Below, piece after piece: positions 12,918-25,974 of a stretch of DNA of 64,000 bases. The notes under the pieces were generated by a model. The model ran no database searches. It had not been told where the DNA came from and worked only from the letters and a program-made list of their open reading frames with translations. Position 1 is the first letter of the stretch, and each line of letters begins with the position of its first letter. The position numbers and the translations under genes are program-made. Source of the DNA: Heptranchias perlo (Eukaryota); the NCBI RefSeq assembly GCF_035084215.1, contig NC_090330.1, positions 104,160,001 through 104,224,000 on the forward strand. The letters are read 5' to 3'.

Positions 12918-13374
12918 TATTATCATCAACTTCCTTCAGATTACTTGCCTGCGGTGGAAACAACCTTCCTTCGTCTCAAACTGCAATGGTTAATCTTGAT
13001 CTGTTCCATACTCTTAAATTTAAATTTCTTTTTTTTAACAACACAATTGCTTCATATTCCTTACAAGTCCAAACTACAGCAATCACTTTGCATTTTTGTT
13101 TACCAATGCACAATGTAATTCCAAGCAGTTAGTCTTTCTTCATCTCTTCTGTTGGCTCATCCGATCTCAAACAGACGTCTCACATCAAGTCCATTGCCAC
13201 AGCTGTCTATATGTGGTTCATTTTCATTTTTGTGCCAATTTTTATTTCCTTATTAAGTCTTAACTCTCTATTAAGCTCAAGTACGTCCAGCACTTGATAA
13301 CTGTTCCCATATCTGGGAAGCTCATCTAGCACATCTCTTGCTTTTCAGAAAAGTGTACAAGAAATAGTTTGTCA

Positions 13375-13685
13375 CCTAATAGGGAAAGATTGTTCCCTCT
13401 GGTTAGAGAAATATTGACGAGGGGTCATCAATATAAAATAATCACTAAGACAGTGTGGACAGAGGTTCGGAGAAATTTATTTATGTGGCATGATGTTGGA
13501 GAGTGGATTGCTTTGCCATAAGGAATATTAAGGCAGAGGCTAATGCATCTTTTAAGAGAAAATCAGATCATTATTTGAAGCAGAGGAAGATGGAGAACAG
13601 TAAGGAGAGAGTGGATTGCTCTAACAAAGAGCTGGCACACACACAATGGGCTGAATGGCCTCCTTCTATGCTGTAATGGTTCTAA
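13375..13685 (+). mobile_element. Old CR1 3' fragment
   Basis: RERLFPLV..TRGHQYKI motif and 3'UTR gggctgaatggcctccttct. Confidence 0.8.
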
Positions 13686-14798
13686 TAGTTCATGGGTCGT
13701 ATACAGCTGTGATGCTACTTATGGTCTAATGTCAGGCCAGCAATCACTGCTTAGGTTCTCACAGGAAAAATGGATGCAATACTGAAGGCCAACACTGAAC
13801 CCAACAAGAGGCCAAAATCTTCAGGAGAGGAAGAGAGAAGTGAAGAGAAGAAGGGGAAAGAAACACATCTGATGGCATTAACTGCATAATTCTTTTGCTT
13901 TAGAAGTAGTTGCTGATGCCATTGCACCTTTGGCACCTATGGCTGTGGACAAATTTACTTTGATCGTAGATCATGAAGAAACGATTATAGCTCTCCCCCT
14001 AACTGCTCCAATCTGATCATCCACACAAGGTCCCAGGTGGAATGTCAGAATCCATCCAGCCCATTTCTAAGCTGTGTAGTCACAGCAGATGGTCCTGTCA
14101 GTGTGCAGTGAGTCATGAAATTTCCTTTGCGTGCACTTGCTGCAGGTTCACAGTGGAGCTTCAGGGCGAGCTGCATGGAACGAGTCAGTCAATCATACTC
14201 ACCAGTTACAGATGGGTTTTAAACTTTTGATTGGCTGTAATCAATTTTGGTCCTCGGAATGGGTTTGCTATCTGTTAACTGATTCTTTCTTCCATTAATA
14301 CCTCAGGCAGGCTCTTTTACATCTACTTAGAATTCACTATCAACTTTTGGAGCCTCTCGGTAGCACATTTGTACCCAGCACCTTAATTAAGCACAAGGTT
14401 GATACTTAGAAAATACAGTCAGGATAGAAATGAACATTTTGCTGACATATGAACATAATAATGTGACTGTTTAGAAAAAATAATGAGCCAGATTTCATTA
14501 CCCACACAATTTGTTTTTCAGTGACTAAATAAAAAGACACTGTTCCCTTTGATTGGCTGACATAGACCATTTTTGGAATCTGGAAAAAAATCAGAGTAAA
14601 CATTCCAAAATGTAATCAACTGGCAATAACATCATTAATTTTTAGCAATTGCTGTGCATTCCATTTAGATCCAAATAAACATGATTAAAATTCCAACATT
14701 CCAAAACATTTCCCATTCACTCTGATGGGACAGATATCTAATCATTAAAACGCTTCCCATTCACTTCCATTATATGCAATTTCTGATCCAGACAATTA

Positions 14799-15085
14799 GG
14801 GGTAGAAAATCGGGCACAAGCCCTGCGCCTGAATGGTGAGGCCTGAAGCACCCCCGATATTGGGCCTCAGGCCTCATTTCAATGGAGCCGGCGAGCTGCG
14901 CAGAGCTGCAGCAAAATGGGGCTTTGCTGGCATCACATCGGCCCTCGGGTAAGTGAGGAAGGGTGGGCGTTCGATGGGGGGGGGAGGGAGAGGGGGAGAG
15001 TGGGGCAATCGGTGGCCCAGGGCCTGTTTTCTTTTAATGTGGGATGCGGAGGAGCACTCTTGCTCCCATGCATCCCCGATTAACA
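14799..15085. mobile_element. Partial non-autonomous Harbinger-like element
   Basis: Abrupt GC-rich block starting ggggtagaaaatcgg after tta. Contains the ggagcactcttgctcc motif shared with other MITEs here. Confidence 0.45.
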
Positions 15086-15506
15086 TTTAAATGCACAATA
15101 TAATAATAAACTGGGTATAGAATGTTCCAACAATTATCTTGCTTTAATAGCTCAGTACAAGACAATCAGTTTTCACATATTGCTGAGTTGATTAACTCCT
15201 TTAAAAAAGAGCTGGATAAACATCCAGTAAGGAATAGGACTGGTATTTGACAGGAATTTATATCCTTAAAATCCACTTAAAATTGATAATACTTCAGCTC
15301 TAAGAGTGTGCTGACTGAGAAGCATATCAGCAAGCCACCTTCGACAGCTACTGGAGACTGACACCACAGAACATAACCCTCGATGACATCTTCAAAGAGA
15401 GAGGTCTCTCGTATATCTCCCCCAAAATCTCATAATTCTCAAACAGGTCAGAGAAGACCGAACCAAGATTACTGTAATAATACCCGATTGGCTTTGATGT
15501 CTCCTT

Positions 15507-16497
15507 AAGAACATAGGAAGATAGGAACATAGGAACAGGAGTAGGCCATTCAGCCTCTCGTGCCTGCTCCGCCATTTGATAAGATCATGGCTGATCTGTG
15601 ATCTAACTCCATATACCTGCCTTTGGCCCATATCCCTTAATACTTTCGGTTGCCAAAAAGCTATCTATCTCAGATTTAAATTTAGCAATTGAGCTAGTAT
15701 CAATTGCTGTTTGCAGAAGAGAGTTCCAAACTTCTACCACCCTTTGTGTGTAGAAATGTTTTCTAATCTCGCTCCTGAAAGGTCTGGCTCTAATTTTTAG
15801 ACTGTGCCCCCTACTCCTAAAATCCCCAACCAGCGGAAATAGTTTCTCTCTATCCATCCTATCCGTTCCCCTTAATATCTTATAAACTTCGATCAGATCA
15901 CCCCTTAACCTTCGAAACTCTAAAGAATACAACCCCAATTTGTGTAATCTCTCCTCGTAACTTAACCCTTGAAGTCCGGGTATCATTCTAGTAAACCTAC
16001 ACTGCACTCCCTCCAAGGCCAATTTGTCCTTCCGAAGGTGCGGTGCCCAGAACTGCTCACAGTACTCCAGGTGCGGTCTAACCAGGGTTTTGTATAGCTG
16101 CAGCATAACTTCTGCCTCCTTGTACTCTAGTCCTCTAGATATAAAGGCCAACATTCCATTTGTCTTCTTGATTATTTTCTGCACCTGTTCATGACACTTC
16201 AATGATCTATGTACCTGTACCCCTAGGTCCCTTTGGACATCCACTGTTTTTAACTTTTTACCATTTAGAAAGTACCCTGTTCTATCCTTTTTTGATCCAA
16301 AGTGGATGACCTCACATTTGTCTGCACTGAATTCCATTTGCCACAGTTTTGCCCATTCACCTAATCTATCAATATCCCTTTGTAATTTTATGTTTTCATC
16401 TACACTGCCTACAATGCCACCAATCTTTGTGTCATCGGCAAACTTAGATATGAGACTTTCTATGCCTTCATCTAAGTCGTTAATAAATTATTGTGAA
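15507..16497 (-). mobile_element. CR1 LINE 3' fragment (young)
   Basis: Open ORF 15603..16337 (244 aa, CR1 ORF2 C-terminus), upstream SKFADDTKIG, and (cataggaa)n tail at 15511-15537. Confidence 0.95.
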
Positions 16498-16863
16498 TTT
16501 AATAAAGCAGTGCAAGTCCTTATTGTTCTTACAATTGAGGGTCATTGGTGGTAATAATTACAGGCAGAGACATTATGGGAGTTATATTGGATAACCCCCC
16601 GAAAACGGGCGCTGGGATCGCGGTGCATGATTAACCCACGCCCATTGGTTGCGATGCAGGCAGCACGTGCTGCCTTATGATTTCAATGATAGCTGCATGC
16701 AGCCAGTGTTACCTACGCTGTTGATTGGCTGCACACATCAGCAGGGGGCCCCGATATCGGGAGAGGCCAGCATGACTTAAAGGCAGCCTGCACCTCTTAA
16801 AGGGGAGGTGCACTGTGGCTGCAGGAAGTGGTGGGAGTCATGGGAGAAGTGATTCCTGGAAGA

Positions 16864-18746
16864 ATGGCTGTGCCTGCGAGAGAGCGTGCACCAAGGTTCT
16901 CTGATGATGCCCTAGAGTCCTTGGCGCAAAAAATGGACAGAAGGAGGGGCATCATATATCCGCAGGGGGGAAATAGGCCCTCCAAATATATGTTCAAGAG
17001 GCAGTAGCGGACAAGGTCAATGCCAGGAGCACAGTGCCAAGAACATGGATGCAGTGCAGGAAGAAGTTCAATGATTTGACACGAGTAGTCAAGGTGAGTG
17101 AGTTCAACTGTCCAGTGGCATATCTTACCAACTGCACCACTAGCTTCATCCACTACTCCACGCACTATACCCCCCCATCACCCACCTACCGGCAATCTCT
17201 TTCAATCAGTACTTAACTCTCAAAGCAGAGGCGTTATCTCACCCTCACACATTACCACTGTTGCAAGCCGCACACCCACAACTCACAGGTCACACACACT
17301 GGCAGCTATTTGACCATGACAACCACATCGCCCAAACATCTCGCAGCACGCTCACTGACAAACTTCCCTCTTTTTTGCAGGAGAAGGTGATGCTTAACAG
17401 TAAGCAGCAAGAAAGAACTGGAGGAGGACAGGCGGGCCTACATGTCCTAACTCCCATGGAGGAGGCAGTGCTGGCCACCATTGGAAGGGCCATCGCTGAG
17501 ACCATGGCCATTGGTGGCTCTGGAAGTATCGATGGTGAGGGACTCTGCATACCTAATCCTCCCTCTCACTTACCCCTTCTCGCTCACCCCACAATCTTTT
17601 CTGACTCACGTGCTGCAGATGGTGTTTTACTTTCTCCTCTCCCCTCACCGCAACTCAACCCGTCCCCCTTTGTCATTTCAGATACCCAAGAATTGGAACC
17701 TGCCCAGTCAGAGGAGGCAGAGGAAGACGACAGTGATGATGAAGATACACCGTCACTCGATCTTACACTCACCGCCATCAGCTCAGAGATTGACATTGCG
17801 CGTACTTTAAAGGCTAGGATAGAGGAGGGATCTGCACGTGGTGAGACACAAGTGCACAGGAGCCGGGGCGGGAGGGCGAGGTCACTCACTTGTTCTGCTG
17901 CCGAGGAGTCAGATGATGACTTCGATGGGCAGGCTACAGAAGAAGGCTGATGGGCGTACACCAAGAAATGCTTGGTGCACTGGGAAGCCTGCCAGAAAGC
18001 CTGTGCACGATGTCAAGGAGCATGGAGGAGTCCGGCTCCAACTTGGCACAGGGCTTTGCGCAGAGCTTGGAGCCCATCCTTTCCCACATGAAACGGGTGG
18101 TCACCATCATCAGCACACCTGTGGAACCCACCATGATACAGCGTCTGATGACCGATGTCACAGCTTCCATTGCAACATAAACATCTGCCATCAAACATCT
18201 GACTGCTGCCTTGGAAGCTCAGACTGCTGCCTTGGAAGCTCAGACTGCTGCTATCGTGGCTCTGGGTACCACTATGGAAAGGGGCTTCCAGGGCATCCCA
18301 GCACTCCAGCAATCTGTTCTCCAACAGATCACCAGGTTTGCTGAGGCACTGCCCTGGGAAAGTGGCAGTGGCACCATTGAAGATGAACCTGCTGTCCTTT
18401 CTCAGGATGACAGGAGTCTTGCTCCCACCCCAACCACTCCGTCAGTACCCTTGCTATTGCCTGTCAGCCAGCGAGCCAGCCCAGACTGCTGCAGCCTAGA
18501 ACTGAGGTGGTGCAGTCTGAAGCCGGGCCCTCTCAGCCCAGAACTGCTCGAGGTCGTCCTCCATGGCCATCTGCACGCACCTCAATTGAAGGTCAGCAGC
18601 CTTCCATCACCCATGCTCCAGCCACTGGGGATGCACCTTGTAGGAGCACTAGGAAAGGTAAAGGCACAAGAACGACAGGCACTAAGGGAATGCACAAGAG
18701 TGAAGTGTCTCATTTTGCTTGCATCATTTCATGTGTTAATTTATAA
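16864..18746 (+). pseudogene. Harbinger Myb/SANT-like DNA-binding protein, 3 exons (16864-17093, 17381-17534, 17682-end), disrupted
   Basis: MAVPARERAPRFSDDALESL..PRTWMQCRKKFNDLTR; GT-AG introns 17094-17380 and 17535-17681; exon 2 ERTGGG; basic C-terminus GDAPCRSTRKGK. Frameshifts and stops present. Confidence 0.88.
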
Positions 18747-18899
18747 ATGTGGATTTGAATTTGTATTTGGTGATGGTTTTTATTTCTGCGATGAGCTGAG
18801 GGAGTGTAATTATAAGGAGGATGATTTGATGGTCATGTGAGAGAGGAAAGGTAAGGAGTGTGGGACTGTTGATGAATGGGGAGGTGTTGTTGAGGTTAC

Positions 18900-19919
18900 T
18901 GGTATCGCTCATTAATAATCCGATCACGCAGAGTCCTGGCAGACAGGACCTGGCTACCTGCCTCCCTGCCTCTTCCTCCACTTCCTGCTGCACGTCCTCC
19001 TCCTCCAACACTTCCTCCTCCATCCCTTGTTCAGGTTCTCGCCTGATAGGCGGTGGCGAGGGCTGTTCCTTCCTAATAGCGAGGTTGTGCAGCATGCAGC
19101 ATACAATGACAAATCTTGATACCTGCTCAGCTGAGTACAGCAGGGCTCTTCCAGAGCAGTCCAGGCAGCGGAAGTGTTGCTTGAGGACACTTATGGTGTG
19201 CTCTATGATGTTCCCTGTGGCAACATGGCTCTCGTTGTACGCCTGCTGTGCAAGAGTGCGTGCGTTCCTGAGCAGAGTCATGAACCATTTCATCAGGGGA
19301 TAACCCTTGTCGCCCGGTAACCAGCCTTTGACTTGCTGTGCTGGTTTAAATATTGGTTGCACAAAGGATTGCCGCAGGATGAAGGAATCATGATTGTTGC
19401 CAGGGTAGCGGGCATTGACCTTCATGATGTGCTGCGTGTGGTGGCACATCAGCTGCACATTGAGGGAGTTGAACCTCTTTGTGTTTATGAAGATGGCTGA
19501 GTTCAGTTGTGGAGCATGCATGCCAACATGCATGCAGTCAATGCCGCCCTGAGATGTTGCTCATCTCTCCAGCAGCAGCCTGAAAGCAGCCAAAGCCGTA
19601 GAAGTTAAGCGCCACGGTTGCCTTGACAGCCACAGGCAATACTGTCCTTGCCCCTGCTTTGAGGCTGCAGTTGTGGCTGCAGCAGTTGACAAATTTCAGT
19701 CACAACCTCTTTAGTGAACTGCAGGCATCTGATGCACTGTTCGTCGCTGTTCTTGAGGTAAGAGAATTGCTCCCTGAAGACACTCTGCGGCTATGGCCTC
19801 CTGCTGAGTGCCCTACTCCTCCTCCTCCCTCTTCTAGCAGCTTGTCCTGCTCTGCGTGGCCTCTCTTCATTCTCCCAGTCATGTTCAATTCCCAGAGGAA
19901 GCAATAGCAGGCCACACAT
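18900..19919 (-). pseudogene. Harbinger (HARBI1-like, DDE_Tnp_4) transposase, disrupted
   Basis: ATG at 19919; RRP*PQSVFREQFSYL; GGIDCMHV, HDSFILRQ, GDKGYPL, IIEHTISVLKQHFRCLD, VCCMLHN. One stop codon, frameshifts and an internal deletion near 19550. Confidence 0.92.
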
Positions 19920-20904
19920 GTCTGAAAGCAGCACAATATTTTAAATAACACAATAAATACTGCGAGACCAGCCGGACCTGATACTTTAGCCAAGCATTGT
20001 AAACCTCCAAAAATGCGTACCAATGCACCAGCGGTCAGAATAAATAATCCAGCAGCTAACCTGTAAGTACCTCATGATCCCTTTAAATGGCGTTGGTGGG
20101 AGATCCTTCGTGCCATTTAAGTCCTGTTCAGCTGTGCGAGGTTAAAACAGGGCGTTGCACACTGATTCGCGTCATAATCACCCCAGTCTACATGTTGCCG
20201 GTGTTTATGAGGTGTATTTGCGGAAAATCCCCATTACCAAGATGGCGTCCTGTGTACTTCACGTCGGAAATGCGTGCGTGCATCTCGGACGCCATTTTCG
20301 GGGCTTAGGTGTCAGCGTAGCACCTACAAAATGGGCGATACACGGCCCAATTTCGCCCCCTATAGTTTTAATTGGGTATAGTACAGGCCGCTACAAACTG
20401 TAGGAATCATTGTTCCTCAATCAATGCAAACAATGTTTAGAAATAATCTCATAACCGTTAAATATGGTGCTGAAATTTATGTTGTAAATCACTGCTTGTA
20501 CTCTATTTATACTGAATACATTTTTGTGGTAATAGAATTTCTAATTTTAGGTTTTTTTAAATTTTAGGTGGTGCTGTCACTTGGGTTCCCAAGTACTTAA
20601 AAAATTAAGTACTCTATTTCAAATGTTACTAATCCTTACTGATCAGTTTTTATCATTAACTTTTTATTGACCTTTCATACTTACCAGTTTTACTACATAG
20701 TGACCAAAAAGAGCACTAAATGGAAGAACCAACATGTCATTACATATTTATAAAATATTTTTATCTGTTGGTACATTGTCATGGCTAATATGTTCTTCAA
20801 TTAATTTTTTTTAAAAACCACAAAGAGATAAAATTCCTCTGAACAGAAAACAGAAGGATGCCTGTTTTGTTTTTTGGAAGCTAGGGGGAGCTGAAGGTCT
20901 TCCC

Positions 20905-21190
20905 GTCTACGAGTCTCTATGGGAAGTATTGGCCGGTCTTAACGGCTGGGCATTATTTATATCCCCGCCAGCCAGCTGCCCACCCAAAATGGGCGGAAAT
21001 GGCTTTAAGCAGGTCAAAGTCCCAGGGCCAAAGTAAGTTAAAGGTTGGGGGGGGTGGTGGGCACGTGGTTGTGGAGGATCAGCCCATTTCACGGGTGGGA
21101 AGTGGGGGGGGGGGTTGAAGTCCAGGGCAGCAGAGGCCCAGATGTTTTTTGTAGGTCCGGAGAAGCACTTCTGCTCCTTCTGGTCCCCGT
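20905..21190. mobile_element. Partial non-autonomous DNA element
   Basis: GC-rich block with the gagaagcacttctgctccttctggtccc motif seen in other MITEs of this window. Confidence 0.35.
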
Positions 21191-21319
21191 TAAGGAGAGT
21201 GATGGACGAGGGGCCAGAGTTGATGGAACGCAGAGTTCTCGGACTCCTGGATAATCTGGACTAACGACTTCATAGCAGTACTGAAAGTAGATATTAATAA
21301 GTTTGACAACCTGAATAGG

Positions 21320-21465
21320 AAGTTGATTGACGGACAGAAAGCAAAGGGTTAGAGCGAATGGATGTTATTTAAATTGGAGTGGGGTTGGGAGTGGTGTGGC
21401 ACAAAGGGTCAATGCTGGGTCTCATTTGTTCTTGATATAAACAGATGATTTTACTTGGGAATAGG
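21320..21465 (+). mobile_element. CR1 RT fragment
   Basis: LTDRKQRVRANG..WSGVGSGVAQ(G)SMLG, a decayed RT motif. Confidence 0.6.
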
Positions 21466-21869
21466 ATGTTCTTTTCCCTCTTTAGCTTCAACATGCTGCC
21501 TCTCAAAGTGATAGCTAAGTATCATTAATTTAAATTGAAGGAAAATCAGGCATTTTCCTTTACAAGCACCCCAATTCTCCGATACTCGTTACGCCAAGGA
21601 GATTTAATGCACCTGAGTGAAAGACCAAGGAAAATCCTCCCTTTGTGTGACAAACCGCTTCCATGATTCCTCATTGATCTCACAGTTCTTTAGCTTCCTT
21701 ATAATACTTGAACTGCCTCTCATGGGGATATTTTCCCTTTTTCAGTCAGGAGAAGACAATATTGGTATTGGGCGGCCTGATATCATACATGCTCAAGATA
21801 TAGCTGGACTAACTCATCTGAACAATGATCCACATGGCTTCAATCCCTGACAAGCCTGCATGAGCCAAA

Positions 21870-23370
21870 TCTTGTCTTGTCACCATAGTTTACAGCCAGT
21901 GAAGATTGATGTTTTCTGGGGTTTTGATGTAATGTCTGTAAAATGTCCAAGTCGAAAAGCCATAGAGAAGAAATGACAGACCTTTACGCCCTTATTTAGT
22001 CTTCATTTTCAGTTCCACTGCTTCAGGCAGCGAAAAGCTGAGTAAATCTTTCTTGGCCAGTGAAACATTCTTTTATTCAGAGATGCATCTGCTGCTCAAC
22101 TTGGTAAATTGGTTGAACTTAGCTGTGCTCTTTTCAGTGACCAGTGATGGTAATGCAAGTGAGGCATTGGCTTGAATATAACTTCAGTCTTGCTTAGATG
22201 AACGTACAGACCATAGTTATTTTCTGATGCAAACTGGTTGGCAATGATCTGAAAGTCTTCTATTGTCTGGGCCAAGAGAAAACTGGCAAACAAAATGGCA
22301 CAAATGTTCCTTTCTTTACTTTTGATCTTTCCCTATCATCTTCGTAAGTTGAACAGCTTTCCTTAACTGGATGTTTGATCCTTCCCAGAGATCTGACATA
22401 GTTTCCTTCAGCATGGCTCAGAGCGAGTCAAACAAGATGCGTTTGAGTCCATTGGTGATGCAGGAGGCATCAGACACATCCCCATTAGTAATTATACTTT
22501 CCAACATCCCATTATGTATCAATCAAATCTCATTAATAGACATAGTAGAGTCAAACTTAGCCAGGAGCTTCTACATAGCATGTCTCCTTACACCATCAAA
22601 GTCATTTGTCAAACTGATGAACACCCTGGTCTTAAAGCTTTTCCTGAATTTATTGTGCAATAAAGATCATGTCAACAGTGCTTTACTTGGATAAAAATCC
22701 TTACTAGTTCTTAGTAAAACCATTGCCTGTGATGGTCTTGTTCAGAGATTTCAGGTGGATCTTCCCAGCCGCAGACAGGAGTGACTTACCACAGTAGATT
22801 CCACAATCAGACCTGTAACCCTTCTGATTGCACGATGTGATGAGAGAGGCATTCTTCAACTCTAAAAGAACTATCTCTTTGTCCCAAATCGGTTGAAAAG
22901 ATGTTTTGCAAAGGCTAAGCCATCATGTTAAAATATTTCATCTGGAATGCCATCTTGGTCTGGTGCCTTGTATTCCATCTTGAGTGATAGGAATGCCCAA
23001 TAAGCTTGAAGAATGTACTGAAGGCTATGTATGGACCAGACTGTGTTCAGAGGGTTTTAAGTTGTTTGCTGAGGAGTTCTGGCGATGCAGACATCATCTA
23101 TTGTCATCTATTTGAGGAGCTTATTTGAAATGTTCAACTCAATGTCTCAGTTGTCTTCACTTTACAGTGATCAGTAAATGGCCACCTGCATTCAAAGGGT
23201 GTGCTTGATTGGTTCATACATAGCCTTCCATTCATCGTAGGAGTTTTTTTCAGCATACTGGTCTGCAGATGGTTGACTTTCCAATGATTTTTTTTTTACA
23301 CTAAAAGTTTTTTTGTTTTTTTCTCAGTTTGATCTGCAGCCAGTTTCCGACGTTGATTCTTTGTGATGGG
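21870..23370 (-). mobile_element. Decayed RTE-clade LINE (BovB/Expander-like RT)
   Basis: KAPDQDGIPDEIF, IWDKE, KGYRSDCGIYCGKSLLSAAGKI (consensus KGDRSDCGNYRGISLLS.AGKI), and LAQTIEDFQ..NQFA..YGL..LSKTEV. Confidence 0.75.
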
Positions 23371-23382
23371 AGTGTCAATCTT

Positions 23383-23630
23383 TGCTCGGTGGCAGCATTC
23401 TCGCTTCTGAGTCCAAAGGTCATGGGTTGGAGCCCCACTCCACTGTCATAATCGATGCAAACTGAGGGAGTGCTGCACTGTCAGAGGTACCGTCTTTCAG
23501 ATGAGACGTTAAACCGCTGTCCTCTCAGGTGGACTTCGAGGATCCCATAGCATTACTCGAAGAAGAGCGAGGGAGTTCTTCCGGTGTTCTGGCCACCATT
23601 TATTCCTCGACCAATGGCATTAATACAGAT
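23383..23630 (+). mobile_element. tRNA-headed DeuSINE (SacSINE1-like), 3' truncated
   Basis: A-box-like gctcggtgg, B-box-like ggttggagccc, then Deu-domain-like gagggagtgctgcactgtcagaggtaccgtctttcagatgagacgttaaaccg. Confidence 0.8.
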
Positions 23631-23631
23631 T

Positions 23632-23800
23632 GGAGTCGATTTTAACCCTGCCTACCTACCTGGTGGAAACCGGGCTGGTGGGCAGTCAGCAATGAGCAGG
23701 TTACTTTTCTGCTCAGATCTCGACCATTTGCAATGTTAACCTGCAGGGTTTCACGTGCAAATGAGGCACCTGTCTAAAGCTGGCAGAAGCCTCACACTAT
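23632..23800. mobile_element. End of non-autonomous Harbinger-like element
   Basis: ggagtcgattttaacc TIR-like end, shared with 12350-12383. Confidence 0.4.
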
Positions 23801-23801
23801 G

Positions 23802-24150
23802 ACAACAACAACAGCTTGCATTTATATAGCGGCTTTAATGTAGGTAAACATCCCACGGCGTGATTATCAAATAAAACTTGACACTGAGCAACATAAGGAG
23901 ATATTAGGACAGGTGACCAAAAGCTTGGTCAAAGAGGTAGGTTTTAAGGAGCGTCTTAAAGGAGGAGAGAGAAGTAGAGAGGCAGAGAGATTTAAGGAGG
24001 GAATTCCAGAGCATAGGACCTAGGCAGCTCAAGGCACGGCCGCTAATGGTGGAGCGATGAAAATTGGGGATGCGCAAGAGGCTAGAATTGGAGGAGCCCA
24101 GAGATCTCAGAGGGTTGTAGGGCTGGAGGAGGTTACAGAGATCGGGAGGA
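23802..24150 (-). mobile_element. L2 LINE 3' fragment
   Basis: LQPYNPLRSL.SS..GRA.S.LGP.LWNSL..SSFKTLLKTYLF, with tail gctatataaatgcaag(ttg)n. Confidence 0.9.
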
Positions 24151-25974
24151 GATGAGATATTAGGATCTCTTTGGATGGATGAGCTAAGATGGGCTGAAAG
24201 ACCTTCGTCATCTGTAATTATCTGGTGATGTGTTATTGTGTTCAATAGGGCAGAAAATTAAAGTTGTGTATGTCGCTGACCAATACACCTTTCTGATGCA
24301 TATGTGGGTCACATAATACCTGGCATTCTAGTGCTAGCTGGAATGAGCCATAGGTGTAGCAACTGTTAGCATCTTGCTAACTACTGACAATGTCATCTCT
24401 CTAGCAAGTTTGCTGCAGCTGTCCTTGTTGCGAATGCAAACCTCTGTTCTGCTGACCTAGAGTAAGCTGAAGGCAGTTGTCTTGGAATATTAGCAAGCAG
24501 GTGTGCTAAGGGCTGCAGAATGGGTCTGTGGTCTACTGGTTTCCCTGGCATGCCTTCTTTTTTTGAGTTACTTTAAAGGTAAACTAACCTCGGGGAGTGA
24601 GCAAAAAGGTTGCAACAATATTTCCCCCCCCTCAAAGTTAATATTTTCATAAAAATTACAGAAATATAAACATGTCTCACTAAGAACACTGCACTAAAAC
24701 ATAACAGAAAAAACCCTGACAAAAGCTATTTAACAGCTCTGCATCCCTCTTGTGCCCATTAAAAATGGGTCCCCAATGAAAACTAAAAGCAAACTTGGCA
24801 CAAGTCCTGGAGAATTATGAGGAGTGTTCATTTGGATACTTTTTGCATCAAATTTGGGGCCTTTTTGTGAGGCTCGTGTGTGAAATGGGTGAAAGCAGTT
24901 CCAATCAGTAATAATAGATGAGTGAAGAATTGCAAACCTTGGAAGAAATTGGCAGAGGGCCTCCACCCTTAATTCCCCGCTCCTTCTACTGCAGTTGTCC
25001 ACCTGATCTCACGCGCACAAGGCCGAGGAATCGGTCCCTATTAGCCCATTTATTTTCTCTTTGCGTATGCTGACAACCCTGCTGTACGCTTCCAGCATTT
25101 GTTGTTATTTCTTGTTTACATGGGACTGCTGCTGACCGCAGTGTCTAGCTGCTGGCGTTTCGACTGAAGAAAAGGTAGCTTGGTGGGATCGACCAAAAGA
25201 GGAATTCTTGGTACAGATCATGTGGGAAATGCTCCTTGCTTCCCTTCTCCTACGCCTTTTATTTTGCAGATACTGTTTTTTGGAAATGCTGGTAGGGGAA
25301 GGGGTGAAAGAAATGCCGAGCTGAAGAGGAAGTGAGGAAGCACAGTAGGGAGCTTCCCATTAAGAATGATTAATTTAGCTAGTTTAATTGAGGTTTAAAT
25401 GGTGAAATCTTGTTCAGTGCACATTCTTTCATGCCACAGTTAAAGCTGTTACAGTCCTTCTTCAACTACTAAATAATTAGCTTCTACCATGGTGCAGCTC
25501 TCAAATGAGCTCAGCTGCACCACTTATCCAATATGCTTACTAAAGTGCTTCTGCAGCCTTGTACTGCAGACACTCCTTTCCTTGGATCTGGAGAGTTTTC
25601 AAGATTCTTTGATCTTTGTTTTGGAGTAGTTGTAAATTCTGCTCCAGCTTTTATTCAGACTCTGCCAATTCTCCTTCAGCAGTCAAGTGTTCACCAACAC
25701 GGAGTTCTCTGGTGTATTTTTTTCAAATGCAATTACTTCTTGATCACTTGAATGTATTGATTTCTCATCATTGTAATTTCTCTTTCACTTGTATAGCTTG
25801 TACCTCAGTTAAGACCTTTGTTCAACACTCCATTTCTACATTGTGGTCTTCCGTTGAATATTTTCTTCCTGTCTTACTAGCTATTAAAGTTTTATATTTA
25901 CATCTGTATTACTCCCACAGGAAATTATCTTTGGCTTTATGTATTAACCCCCCCACCCCGAGAGCTGTGTGTAT

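Larger units (their letters stand above)
16577..20360. mobile_element. PIF/Harbinger DNA transposon, full length, family A
   Basis: 14-bp imperfect TIRs gggagttatattgg / ccaatttcgccccc, 3-bp TSD TAT on both sides, and convergent Myb-like (+) and transposase (-) genes. Confidence 0.9.

Noticed and set aside
13765-14230. Acceptor followed by a charged stretch, possibly a host exon or another Myb exon-3 relic
   Set aside because: Ends in a stop after about 40 codons; similarity is compositional only.
18736-19533. Domesticated HARBI1 gene (and NAIF1/MSANTD for the Myb ORFs)
   Set aside because: Embedded between TIRs with a TSD and disrupted by stops, frameshifts and deletions. These are transposon copies, so no gene symbol is given.
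20685-20838. Minus-strand exon-like segment with good splice sites
   Set aside because: Stops in all three frames; could only be non-coding, and there is no further support.
23383-23460. tRNA gene
   Set aside because: A/B-box-like head runs straight into a Deu domain with no full cloverleaf; it is a SINE.
25540-25880. Minus-strand coiled-coil-like translation (L1 ORF1?)
   Set aside because: Many stops and no diagnostic motif such as LENRSRR.
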